A DNA stretch of 64,000 nt. Source: Candidatus Marinacidobacterales bacterium. Its GTDB lineage: Bacteria; Acidobacteriota; Vicinamibacteria; Marinacidobacterales; SMYC01. The notes under the pieces were generated by a model that ran no database searches, was not told the origin of the DNA, and was given only the letters and a program-made list of their open reading frames with translations. The stretch is taken from assembly GCA_965237955.1 (NCBI GenBank), contig OZ250169.1, positions 7,968,001 to 8,032,000 on the forward strand, in the 5' to 3' direction. The translations under genes were made by a program, and so were the position numbers. This document shows positions 31,896 to 42,393 of this stretch, piece after piece. Each line of letters starts with the position of its first letter. The stretch's first letter is position 1.

Positions 31896-32700
31896 GGTAC
31901 TGTCAAGTTGGGCCTCTAACTGACAGAATGAGCCAATGAACAGCAAGTCGCCGAGCTACCGCGGATATCGATTTCCACCGGAGATCATCAGCCACGCCGT
32001 TTGGCTCTACCATCGCTTTTGTTTGAGCTTTCGAGATGTAGAGGACCTCCTTGCCCAGCGCGGGATCACCGTCTCGTATGAAGCGATCCGACTTTGGTGC
32101 ATCAAGTTCGGTCCAGAATACGCTCGCGGGCTGAAGCGACGGCAAGGTCGCCTCGGCGATACGTGGCACCTGGACGAGGTGTTTGTAACCATCCAGGGTC
32201 AACGGCAGTATCTCTGGCGTGCGGTGGACCAAGATGGCGACGTCATCGATATCCTCGTCCAGCCTCGACGCGATCGGCGAGCCGCTAAACGCTTCTTTTG
32301 TAAGCTGCTGAAGGGGCAGGGCCGGCCACCCTGGCGGCTCGTCACCGACAAGCTGAGAAGCTACAGCGCCGCTCACCGCGAGGTCATGCCATCCGTCGTC
32401 CACTGCACCGACCAGTACCAAAACAATAGAGCCGAGGTCTCGCACGAGCCGACGCGGCAACGTGAACGGCAAATGCGACGGTTCAAATCTCCGGGTCAAG
32501 CCCAGCGATTCTTGTCCGTTCATGGACTTGTCCAAAACCTCTTCCGCGTCGGACGACACCTGTTGCAAGCGCGTCATCACCGACAGCTTCGAGGTCGCGC
32601 GTTCCTCGCTTGGGACGCAGTAACGTGAGCGGCATGACCCGAACGGAGACGTCATGCCGACGGCACCGGCTTGCTCTCGCAACGTCAACTTGACAGTACC
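31896..32700 (+). mobile_element. IS6-family element (transposase 31936..32628)
   Basis: IRs GGTACTGTCAAGTTG/CAACTTGACAGTACC; RFPPEII, WHLDEVF, YLWRAVD, NNRAE; no TSD. Confidence 0.93.
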
Positions 32701-32759
32701 TTCGGAATGGATGTTCACCTTCGGCTGGAATCTGCGTTCACGATGCCCCGGAATACGCA
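32701..32759 (-). mobile_element. IS21-like terminal remnant cut by IS6
   Basis: Minus strand TGCGTATTCC with repeated GTGAAC..ATTCC subterminal units. Confidence 0.55.
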
Positions 32760-33553
32760 GCAAGCTGCTCTCCGACACTGGCCTCCACCAATCAGCCTCA
32801 AACTGGCCCAAATTCCCTGTCATGGTTTCCAGACTCGGATAGCTCCTTGTACTGGACCGTCTGCGGAGTCATCTTCGTTTCCTCCGTAAAACTCCGCTGG
32901 ATGAATTCGAGGTTTGGCCAATTCGAATTCCGCTATTCGCCTTCTCCTCAGGCGCGATCTAGGCGTTAAGCGTCTTCTCATTGTCTGCACGATTAAGCGC
33001 AAAAACGTCCCGATAAGCCCCCAAATAGCACCAAATTGCCCGTTGATGGCCTGTTTTGCTCTCTTTCTGATAATTTCCAGCCAAGAACCGGAAGCTCCAC
33101 TCAAGCCTCCCGACTGCGATAGCCGGAAAGATGTTCCCGTCGACGAATATTCGCTGATGAGACGTAAAGCTTTTTATAACAATGAGTAACGGCCGGCGGT
33201 GGCGCCGGAGGGTTCACGACACGACCTTCTTTCAGGCGTCCGGGAGATTGAAATTGCCGTATAGAAAATCTTACTAAAGCCAATTAAAATCCAGGCTCGA
33301 ACGACCACCCGTCGATAATGCGTGCGGGGACCAGCACGTGACGGAGGCCGTTAAATCACTGTAGGGGAAGAGGATGGAACGAAATGGGCAGCATGGTTGA
33401 AACCCGAGAGGGCGTAAAACAGCCTTCTCCCAAAACCTGTGTACGCGTCAAGAAAGTCAAGAAATGCGCGAAACTCGAAACCTCCTAAATCTCCACTTAT
33501 TTTTCTCTTTGAGGATTTCCGCCAAAAGCTGGACCGCCTTTTGCCGAGACCGG

Positions 33554-33686
33554 CTAGTCCCCTGGATCTTTGATTACTATACAAAGTTAGGCTTTTCGCC
33601 AGCCCATAAGATTCATAAGATTCATGCACTTAGAAGGGTTTCGGCAAGCTCTGCTTTATCTAGTTTGTTCTGATACAGGGGACTAG
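33554..33686 (-). mobile_element. 133-bp IS630-related MITE, copy 2
   Basis: Reverse complement of 24919..25051; empty site present at 30033-30069. Confidence 0.9.
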
Positions 33687-33711
33687 CTCCAAACTGCACC
33701 ATCCGCCACCC

Positions 33712-34219
33712 CGTCCTGTGCCAAAACTCGGCCCTTTTGAAATAGGCCATAAATCAGCAACTTAGTGTCTGTGTTTGCGACCGGGCCAAGGGCCGTGGGC
33801 TTTACAATCATCTTGGGCGGGGGCGGGTCGTCACCATGCAGATGACCACGTCCTGTGCCAAAACTCGGCCCTTTTGAAATAGACCACAAATCAGCGGCTT
33901 AGACGCCCTTGGAATCCGCGCAGAATCGAGGGTATTTCGTGCTGCCGGGCTGTCTTCCGAGCGACAGGCCCACCGGGGGTACGCACGGCTGGCTCAAATC
34001 AGCTGCGGGGCGAGCTACGGGCAGTGAATTTCGCACCCGGAAGTTGCGGACCTAGCTTCTCGCGGGGAACAACGCGTTCTTTCTCGAGCACGTTATTGCG
34101 TCGGTGGCCCGGCAGCGACAGAGTGCAGAACCTCCACCGAGGCGAACACGAGTTCGCAGGACCTCAACTCCCATGGCTGTCTGCCCGTCAATTCGCGATC
34201 TTCTTTTTTGCGGATCACA
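33712..34219. mobile_element. Stack of orphan ends: CGT-element left end (33712), CGT-element right end (33849), TGT-element right end (34219)
   Basis: Matches to 37865-37965, to reverse complement of 39245-39354, and to GCGATCTTCTTTTTTGCGGA end of 52401. Confidence 0.8.
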
Positions 34220-34320
34220 GCGGTACAATGAGCCCACCCACCCCCGCTTGCGGGTGTGGGTTGGCCGAGCCGCCGGGTCTGGGGCGATGTACGGGGTGAA
34301 GTCAAGGTTAATGCTCAACT

Positions 34321-34660
34321 ATGAAGACAGGACGCTTTCGCTTAGCGCTGAGTAAACTGCAACCCTCCGATTGGGACCAGTTCGAGCACCTCGCCTCGAT
34401 CTATCTTGCGTCGGAGTTCCCGGGCCTTCGAACCCTTGCAACCCCGTCGGGAGACTCTGGTCGTGACGGAACGCTCTTCGCACCAAAAGGCGATGCCGTT
34501 GTGTTTCAATACTCGATATCGCAGGACTGGCGGCAGAAGATCCGACGCACAGTAAAGCGTCTAAACGAGGAGTTCCCGGAAACGGCGCGTGTCCTGGTGT
34601 ACGTCTCGAATTGCCGAATTGGTGCTGATGCGGACGAGTTCAAGCAGGAGTTACACGTAC
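34321..34660 (+). pseudogene. 5' fragment of a protein with an Mrr-like/PD-(D/E)xK nuclease N-terminus
   Basis: FEHLA..GDSGRDG..VFQYS pattern; appears truncated, boundary approximate. Confidence 0.45.
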
Positions 34661-34739
34661 ACATCACCAACAGCAAACAGCGCAAGCACCCTTTAATGTA
34701 AAGGGTGGGAACGTTCGATAGTGCAAACAGGAGATTCTG

Positions 34740-35942
34740 ATGCTGCACATGCTAGCCCACACCACCCGGAGCGCTGTCGCGGCCCTCGTCGTCGCGATGC
34801 TCCTGCCTGCCCTGCTACACGCCGAGACGTCCCAGGCACCCGACGGCCTGCTACCGGTCGAGGCCCTTTCGCCTGGATTCCTGGGCATGTATCGCAAGGT
34901 CATGGAGGTCGAGGACGACATCTCCAAGTATGCCGACAAGTACGACGTTGACCTGACGTTGGCACGCGCCCTGTGCATCCAAGAATCTGGGGGCAACGCG
35001 AACCTGAACTCGTGGGCCGGCGCGAAAGGCTACTTCCAGGTCATGCCATCCACATTCCGGACGCTGAAGGTCAAGACGAACATCGAGGCGGGCATCAAGT
35101 ACTTGTCGCAGATGATCCGGCGGTTCGACCGTGAGGACTACGCGGTTGGCGCATACAACGGTGGGCCGGGGCGGGTCGCCCGCGGCCGTCCTTTGCTCGA
35201 AACCCTGCAGTACATCCTGTTCGTAGGCCAGTACCGCAACGTCCTGAAGCTGCACGAGCCGTCGGTCCGGCATCACGCGTCCCAAATGCAGCTTGACGAG
35301 GTCCGTGAGGGCGACGACTGGTGGACGATCTCCGAACGGCTTGATGTGTCGGTGTTGCAGCTCCGCATGCACAACCCGTTTCTGGCAACCCGCGCGCTGA
35401 GAGTCGGACAACTCGTCGCGTTCCCGCCGACGCCGCGCACGGGTCTGTTCGTGTCCAATGGCGAGGGACTTGAGTATCGGACCCGCCACGGAGATAACTA
35501 CCTGCTCCTGTCGTTCGTCCTCGACGTGGACCGAGACGCGCTGCGCGATCAGAACGGGCTCTGGCGCCTGCAGACACTTCCGGCCGACCAAGTGCTACAG
35601 ATTCCGCTGACCTGGAAGGGAAAGTACAACGAGTACGAGACGAAGCCGGGTGACACCCTGAGGTCGGTGGCCAAGGTGATGAAGTCTCAGCCGTGGCGGA
35701 TCATCCGGGACAACAACTTGTTCTGGGACGAGACGCTTCGGCCCGGTACGGTGCTCAAGGTGAGACCATCGCCGCCCAATCCAACCTACGCCACCCACAA
35801 GGTGTCGCGCGGCGACACCCTCCTGGGCCTCGCGAGCAAGTACGGCACGAGCGTCCGAGCGATCCAGGCCTCCAACAACATGGGGCGTAAGACCACAATC
35901 CGAATCGGACATCGCCTTCGGGTGCCGACGCGCGCCAAATAG
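34740..35942 (+). CDS. Lytic transglycosylase (SLT) with LysM repeats
   Basis: IQESGGN, GYFQVMP, GAYNGGPG; LysM HKVSRGDTLLGLASKYGTSV. Confidence 0.88.
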   Translation: MLHMLAHTTRSAVAALVVAMLLPALLHAETSQAPDGLLPVEALSPGFLGMYRKVMEVEDDISKYADKYDVDLTLARALCIQESGGNANLNSWAGAKGYFQVMPSTFRTLKVKTNIEAGIKYLSQMIRRFDREDYAVGAYNGGPGRVARGRPLLETLQYILFVGQYRNVLKLHEPSVRHHASQMQLDEVREGDDWWTISERLDVSVLQLRMHNPFLATRALRVGQLVAFPPTPRTGLFVSNGEGLEYRTRHGDNYLLLSFVLDVDRDALRDQNGLWRLQTLPADQVLQIPLTWKGKYNEYETKPGDTLRSVAKVMKSQPWRIIRDNNLFWDETLRPGTVLKVRPSPPNPTYATHKVSRGDTLLGLASKYGTSVRAIQASNNMGRKTTIRIGHRLRVPTRAK

Positions 35943-35974
35943 AGGAGCGGGCCGTGCGGCAGCAGAAAAGAGGC

Positions 35975-36010
35975 TGTGCTCCGCAAAAAAGTCGATCCGG
36001 CGTTGATTGC
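35975..36010 (+). mobile_element. Orphan left end of the TGT-family element
   Basis: TGTGCTCCGCAAAAAAGTCGATCCGGCGTTGATTGC fused directly to the hsdR fragment. Confidence 0.8.
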
Positions 36011-36633
36011 TCGACGAGGACGGACAGGTAGACTTCAAGGGCAAGGCTAAGGCGTTCGAGCGCGCGTACGGCTTCCTCGCCTCAATCCTGCCATACACGC
36101 ACGCCGAGTGGGAGAAGCTCTCGATCTTCCTGAACTTCCTCGTGCCGAAGCTTCCCGCGCCTGTGGAAGAGGATCTGTCCAAAGGCATCCTTGAGTCCAT
36201 CGATATGGACAGCTACCGGGTCGAGAAGAAGGCGGCGATACATGTCCAACTGGCGGACGAGGATGCTGAGATCAAGCCGGTTCCGACTACCGGCGGCGGC
36301 CACAGACCGGAAGCCGAACTCGACCGGCTCTCGAACATCCTCAAGAGCTTCAACGACCAGTTCGGTAACATCCCCTGGACCGACGGCGACCGCATCCACC
36401 GACTCATTACGGAGGAAATTCCGAACCACGTGGCGGCCGACCGGGCCTACCAGAACGCCAAGCAGAACTCCGACAAGCAGAACGCGCGGATCGAGCACGA
36501 CAAGGCGCTCCGGCGGGTGATGACGGCGCTGCTGCAGGACGACACGGAGTTGTTCAAGCAGTTCAGCGACAACGAGTCGTTCCGGCGGTGGCTGACGGAC
36601 ACGATCTTCGCGATCACCTACAAGGCCGCGTAG
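36011..36633 (+). pseudogene. hsdR: 3' fragment of type I restriction enzyme R subunit
   Basis: LDEDGQVDFKGKAKAF..LSNILKSFNDQFG..LFKQFSDNESFRRWL, typical HsdR C-terminus. Confidence 0.75.
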
Positions 36634-36744
36634 GAGGTGCGGGGGCTCGGGCTCCCGAGCTGGCTGACGATGGAGGGTGCGCGGACCCTCTCAAGCATTG
36701 CCGGACCCTGATTGAGGCCGAATCCGAGGCAAGTAAGGACACTA

Positions 36745-37864
36745 AGGGCCGGCGACAAAATAAGTTCCCGTTTTCAAGACGGTCGGATGGTGTAGTTCCA
36801 TTTGGGTAGAGTCTGGTCCTTTGTAACGGAAAGCGCCTGCATCCGCTCGTCAGTGATTTTGACGCCCTTCGGATAACGACGCCGGATAAGGTGTGCGCGT
36901 ACTCGCAAACCGGAAGAGGTGGTGGTCGTGCGGATGTATTTGAGGATGGTTTCGTAGCTGTCGAGAGGCCTGCCCGCCCAGTTCTTGCTGATCTCGCTGA
37001 ACAGACGGTGCTCCACTGGATTCCACTTGGATGTACCGGACGGATAGTGGGCTATGGTGATAGCGATGTCGTGGCGATTGCAAATCCGCGTTTGAAGCCC
37101 GTGCTTCCAACCCCGACACCGATAGCCATTGCTGCCCCCGGCGTCTGCCAATATCGCGAGGCACGGGCTGCAGGATAGCGTCGCCGTCCTTCCGTTCGCC
37201 ACCACTTCTCGATGGCATTCACGGCGAAGTCCGGGGTGTTGTACGAGGTACCAATGAACACTGTCCCGCGGTTCGCGAGCAGATCGTAGACGCCGTAGGG
37301 GATTGCGATGCCGTTCGATTCGGAACGGAAGTCATGGTCTTTGACGAGAGTCGGCTCGCGGTTCCAGGCCTGCCCGCCGTTTTTGAATAATCCCACCAGC
37401 TCCCGTTTCTTCGTGTCTACGCTGATGATGGGATGACCAGCTGCGGCAAAACGCTCGCGCAGTTCGGCGATACACGCGAATTGGGTATCGCGATCTTCGG
37501 ACGTGGCACCGCATAGCTTCTTGTGGTTCACCCGCAACGAGAAGCCGAGCTGTTTGAGCAGTCGACCGACGGTTTTGCTGCTGACGTTCACACCGAGGCT
37601 TCTTAGCTCGCAAGCAATCTTGTCGGTGGTCCGCCGCGTCCATTTCACTCCCGTCATCGGATCGCCCGCGGTGTCGTGCTTCATGAGTTCTTCGATCTTG
37701 GCGATGACTTCTGGCGTTTTTTTTGCACGGCGCGCCGTCCGCCACCCTTTCGCCGAACTCCGTCGAGCTCAACATCTCTCATTAGCAATTCCCTACGACC
37801 TCTGGCTACCGTGCTCGGATCCATCCCGAGCAGTTCGGCAATCTGTTGGTCGCCACCGTGACCG
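36745..37864 (-). mobile_element. ISAzo13-family element, 5'-truncated and frameshifted
   Basis: ISVDTKKRELVG, ADAGGSNG, SKWNPVEHRLFS; A-run slippery site near 37720. Confidence 0.85.
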
Positions 37865-39354
37865 CGTCCTGTGCCAAAACTCGGCCCTTTTGAAATAGCC
37901 CATAAATCAACAGCTTAGAGTCTGTGTTTTGCGACCGGGTCAAGGGCCGTGGGCTTCACAATCGTCTGGTCCGAGGGTGTTATCTTCGAAGCCATCATGA
38001 CGTACCACGTACAATTCTTACTGCTCGTTCTGGCTGGCTGGGTCAACCGCCAGCAGCAGGATGTGATTGACTACCTGCGAGAGGAGAACCGTGTGCTCCG
38101 GGGCGGGCTTCGGGGCAAGCGTCTCAGGCTCTCTGACGACGACCGGCGCAGGCTCGCCGTCAAGGCTCAGGCTTTGGGCCGCGAGGTGCTGGCCGAGATT
38201 GCCTCCGTTGCCACACCCGCTACGCTACTGCGCTGGTACCGCTACCTCATCGCAGCCAAGTACGATGGCAGCAAGAACCGGAGTCCAGGCCGACCTCCGA
38301 CGGCGAAGGACATCCGTGAGCTCATGATACGCGTGGCGCGGGAGAACCCGGCGTGGGGCTATACGCGCCTACAGGGCGCACTCAAGAACCTCGGACATGA
38401 ACTCGGACGCAACACCATCAAGAGGGTCCTCGCTGAGCACGGTATCGCGCCTGCCCCGGAGCGGGGCAAGAGCATGTCGTGGAGCAACTTCATCAAAGCT
38501 CATGGGGGCGCTATCGCTGCGACAGACCTGTTCACCGTCGAGGTGGTGAACCCGTTCGGGCTCGTCCGCTACCATGTCCTGTTTGTCATCGATATCGTCA
38601 CTCGCTGCGTGTGCATCGGTGGGATAACTTCGGACCCCAACGGAGAGTGGATGAAGCAGGTGGCAAGAAACCTCACGGACATGTGGGATGGTTTTCTCCT
38701 TGGCAAGCGATACCTCATCCACGACCGGGACCCGCTATTCACCGAGGCGGTACGTGGACTCTTGAGAGATTCAGGCGTGAAGCCCCTGCGCCTTCCCGCC
38801 AATAGTCCGAATCTGAACGCATACGCGGAAAGATTCATTCTCTCCATACGTCGAGAGTGTCTCAACCGTTTCGTACCTCTCAGTGAGGGACACCTGCGGA
38901 CAGCGGTAACCGAATATGTCGTGCACTATCACACCGAACGGAACCACCAAGGCATCGGCAACGAGCTCATCACACCTCTGCCTGCAAGCGTGAAGGACGC
39001 TGGCCCCGTCGTGTCGCGAGAGCGACTTGGAGGCATTCTCAATTACTACTACCGTGCCGCATAGATTGTCGTCGGCGACGGTCGCCTGTGCCTTCTATTT
39101 ATTCATCCGCGCGCCCCGAACTTGATTGGTCTCCGGTCTGCTGGGTGTGCTCCGCAAAAAGTCTATCCGGCGATGATTGCGCGTTTTAGGCCTACTATGG
39201 TCGGCTGCTTTTAGCCGATCTTTTTTTGCGGATCACAACAGGTCGGAAGACAGCCCTGCGGCGCGAAATACCCTCGATTCTGAGCGGATTCCAAGGGCGT
39301 CTAAGCTGTTGATTTGTGGTCTATTTCAAAAGGGCCGAGTTTTGACACAGGACG
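37865..39354 (+). mobile_element. rve-integrase (IS481/IS3-like) element with about 54-bp IRs starting CGT; transposase 37997..39064
   Basis: IRs CGTCCTGTGCCAAAACTCGGCCCTTTTGAAATAG..CTTAG; [27 protein letters not shown]. Confidence 0.85.
39146..39237 (+). mobile_element. TGT-family MITE nested in the CGT element
   Basis: Homologous to 7553..7646; no TSD. Confidence 0.85.
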
Positions 39355-39459
39355 GGATCGACCTCAGCCACGAGCTACTCGACGGGAGCTCCGTCGAGCG
39401 CGAGGCAGTATTAATGAGCAACTACACCGCGCACTTGGACTACTACATGACCGCGACCC

Positions 39460-40364
39460 CGTCCTGTGCCAAAACTCGGCCCTCTTGAAATAGCCGATAA
39501 ATCAGCAGCTTAGCGTCTGTGTTTTGCGATGGTGCCAAGGGCCGTGGCCTTTACAATCGTCTGGCCCGAGGGTGTTCTCTTCGGATCCATCATGACGTAC
39601 CATGTGCAATTCCTACTGTTGGTCAGGCAGCCGTTGTTCGATCGGGCAGCCCTGCCGCTCACACAGAGCCACACGGGTCACGATGGCGACTTTCGCGAGG
39701 CTATTCGACTGGAAGGAAGCCCTTATCGTGGTCAAGCCCGATACGCTCGTTCTGTGGCACAGGAAAGGGTTTCGGCTGTTCTGGCGTTGGAAGTCTCGGC
39801 CAAAAGGACGTCCAACGCTGCCAGAGGAGCTGAAAAACTAATCGCTGAAATGGCGATCGCGAACATCACGTGGGGCGAAGAGAGGATCGCCCAGGAGCTG
39901 CTCGTCAAGCTTGGCGTCCGCGTCTCGCCGCGCACCGTTCGGAAGTACATACCCATTCGAGATGATGGCAGCCCGGACCGGCGCAATGCGTCGCATCGCT
40001 GGGCGACATTCGTGCGGAATCACGCAAAAGCGGTCGTCGCTGCGTATTTTTTTAACGTAGTCACCGTCAGCTTTCGCGTGCTTTAGGTCTTCGTCATCAT
40101 GGAAATCGGCACCCGCAAGATGCTTCACTTCAACGTGACGGCGCATCCGACCGCGGAGTGGACGCTGCAACAGTTCCGGGAGGCGATTGGGTGCGAGCAC
40201 GACTATCGATTCGTCATCGTGGACCGCGATGACAAGTTCTCAGCAGACCTCCGCCGCTCCGTTCGGGGGATGGGTGTTCGGCCGTTGAGGACGCCGCGCA
40301 GAGCACCGCAGGCAAATGCCTATTGTGAGAGACTCATCGGCATCACACGCCGGGAGTGCTTGGA
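39460..40364 (+). mobile_element. Chimeric decayed rve element: CGT-family left end fused to TGT-family transposase body
   Basis: [11 protein letters not shown] start, then ARLFDWKEALIVVKPDTL homologous to 52574..53668; frameshift and internal TAG. Confidence 0.75.
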
Positions 40365-40901
40365 TCAGGAAGCTCTGGCATGATCGTTCACCCAACGCCC
40401 GAGACTTCGCCAGCAGCAAAGAATGTCGTCGTAGCTGTAGTGCGCATTGCGACCACTGGGGTTCGGAAGAACGAACAACCGTGAGCCTCCCAGAATTTCG
40501 CCGCGCGGTCCGCATTGGATGGTCTTCGGTACGCGACCGGCGGAGAGCTCAGGCCAGAACCATCGAAAAACGGTGACACCGAGGAAGCCGATGGCCTTCG
40601 GACGGTAACGCATCACCTTCTCGGCGAGAAGCCTACGCCCTTTCTCGAACTCGACCCGGTCGAGTTCCGAGCTCCCACGCGACGCCCTCGCGACGATACT
40701 GGTCAAACCGATACCGAACTCGGGCAGACGCAAGTCATCCTCGTAGGTCATGAGCCGCGGGACCAGTCCGGACTCGTGCAGCAACCTCCAGAACTTGTTT
40801 CCACGGCCGGCAAAGTGATGGCCAAGCTCATCGGATCGCTTCCCTGGATTGATCCCGACCAGCAGGACATCGAGGCCGTGGGAAAGGTAGTCCGGTAACA
40901 C
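40365..40901 (-). CDS. mug: G/U mismatch-specific DNA glycosylase
   Basis: VGINPG, GHHFAGRGNKFW, LPNPSGRNA. Confidence 0.88.
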   Translation of the reverse strand: MLPDYLSHGLDVLLVGINPGKRSDELGHHFAGRGNKFWRLLHESGLVPRLMTYEDDLRLPEFGIGLTSIVARASRGSSELDRVEFEKGRRLLAEKVMRYRPKAIGFLGVTVFRWFWPELSAGRVPKTIQCGPRGEILGGSRLFVLPNPSGRNAHYSYDDILCCWRSLGRWVNDHARAS

Positions 40902-40924
40902 TCGGAAAGCATAGCGCAGGGCGG

Positions 40925-41219
40925 TGTGCTCCGTAAAAAGTCGTTCCAGCGTTGATTGCGCGGTTTAGAGCTGCCATGCTCGGCTGCTTCGTGCTGGTCG
41001 ACCGGACGACGCCACCGGCGTTTTAGGGACGTGGAGAAGGCTCGCGCTTGCGACTGTTTTCGGATATCCGGCCTATTCTCCTGGACGCCGTCGCGTTCGC
41101 TCGAAACGTATGCTGCTCGCGCAGCTGTGCTCCGCAAAAAATCGATCCGGCGTTGATTGCGCGTTCTAGACCTGCTATGTTCGGCTGCTTCTGGCCAATC
41201 TTCTTTTTTGCGGAGCACA
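40925..41219 (+). mobile_element. TGT-element left part (40925-41125) truncated by a 94-bp TGT MITE (41126-41219)
   Basis: Left end plus ORF start RLFSDIRPILLDAVAFARN homologous to 53668 start; MITE has 15-bp perfect IRs. Confidence 0.85.
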
Positions 41220-41799
41220 GGCCATCGAGGCGTTTATCCGCTAGACCGTATACCGATTCCCGAACGCGAAGCAAACCAGGAGTCCGCTTGATCGGGAGCG
41301 GTCTGGCATATGAACGGAGCGGACGAGACGGGAGCGGGGTAGGGCCGGCACTTCGGGTTCCCCCGTACGCGCAGAGAAACACCATCCAGAAACGGGATAC
41401 CGTGCTCCCTGGGCGAAGACCCTTGGATCCAGGCCCTGGGCAAAGACGGACATCAAGGAGGCCCGGGCCGCACCTGGACCAGAACGTGCTAAGGCCAGCT
41501 CCAGCTACGCGGCGGTAACCTCAGCCTCGATTCTGGTCTCTCGGGTGGCCTCTTTTCCGCTGCCCGCAAGGTATCCTTCTTAGAAATCAAGGATCTTGAG
41601 AATCTTGCGAGCAGATCTGCGCGGTTGGGCCAAGCATCTTGAGGTAGATCCGTGCTTCCAGGCGCGCCGGATCCGTCTTCGTGGTGTTGGCGATTCGACA
41701 ATATCGGCCTTGGTGGCGATGGTATCGGCGAAGATTCGAGCGGCTCGGAGGGGTGCTAGTCGTTAATCCGATGGCGAACCGGGTAGCGATCGTCACCAT

Positions 41800-41860
41800 T
41801 GTTAGCGGCGGCTGTAAATTGCACATTTGTGGCGGACGAAAATTGCACACTCGGCACCCC
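41800..41860 (+). mobile_element. IS21-like terminal remnant
   Basis: TGTTAGCGGCGG with repeated GGCGG..AAATTGCACA units. Confidence 0.55.
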
Positions 41861-41949
41861 ATGACGAACCCTTAGATGATGGCGGTCGGGGCTCTAAATT
41901 CATTTGGATCAATTAAATGGAAGGGACAGCTGAGTTTTGGCACAGGACG

Positions 41950-42362
41950 GGATACCGAAATATCGTAAAAAGGTGCTCATCGGTCCGGTAGCGGTTCGTG
42001 TGCGCGATCTCATTCGTCAGATCGCGATGGAACATGAGCTGCACATTATCTCGGGTAAGGTTGCACGCGACCACGTCCACGTCTTCCTGTCCTACCGTCC
42101 GCACCAGGACCTCAGTACGATCGTGCAGTGGCTAAAGGGTATCAGCTCCCGTATACTCCTTCAGGAGTTTGCTCACCTGAGGAAGAAGTTTTGGGGCCGG
42201 CACTTCTGGGCCCGAGGATATCTGGCGGTGAGTTCAGGATCCATAACGGACGAGATGGTAAAGGAGTACATAGACTCCCAGGAGGGTGAGCCCGTTCACG
42301 ACGACAGTCAATTTCCAATTGACAACCCTTGAAGCCACCGCCTTATAGGCGGTGGTTGTTCA
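41950..42362 (+). mobile_element. tnpA: IS200/IS605 element: 5'-truncated TnpA (Y1 HUH) and right-end hairpin
   Basis: PKYRKK, DHVH, KGISS, FWARGY; hairpin CCACCGCC-TTATA-GGCGGTGG then TTCA; cut by a CGT-type end at 41949. Confidence 0.85.
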
Positions 42363-42393
42363 CTATCATGTTTCTCATTGAGGAGCGTCTAGT

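Noticed and set aside
18926-40901. A DNA-repair system made of mutM, SRAP and mug
   Set aside because: The genes lie in separate IS-bounded segments and mutM lacks its catalytic N-terminus, so co-occurrence is probably chance.
41950-42362. TnpB/IscB RNA-guided system
   Set aside because: tnpA is followed directly by the right-end hairpin; there is no tnpB or iscB ORF.
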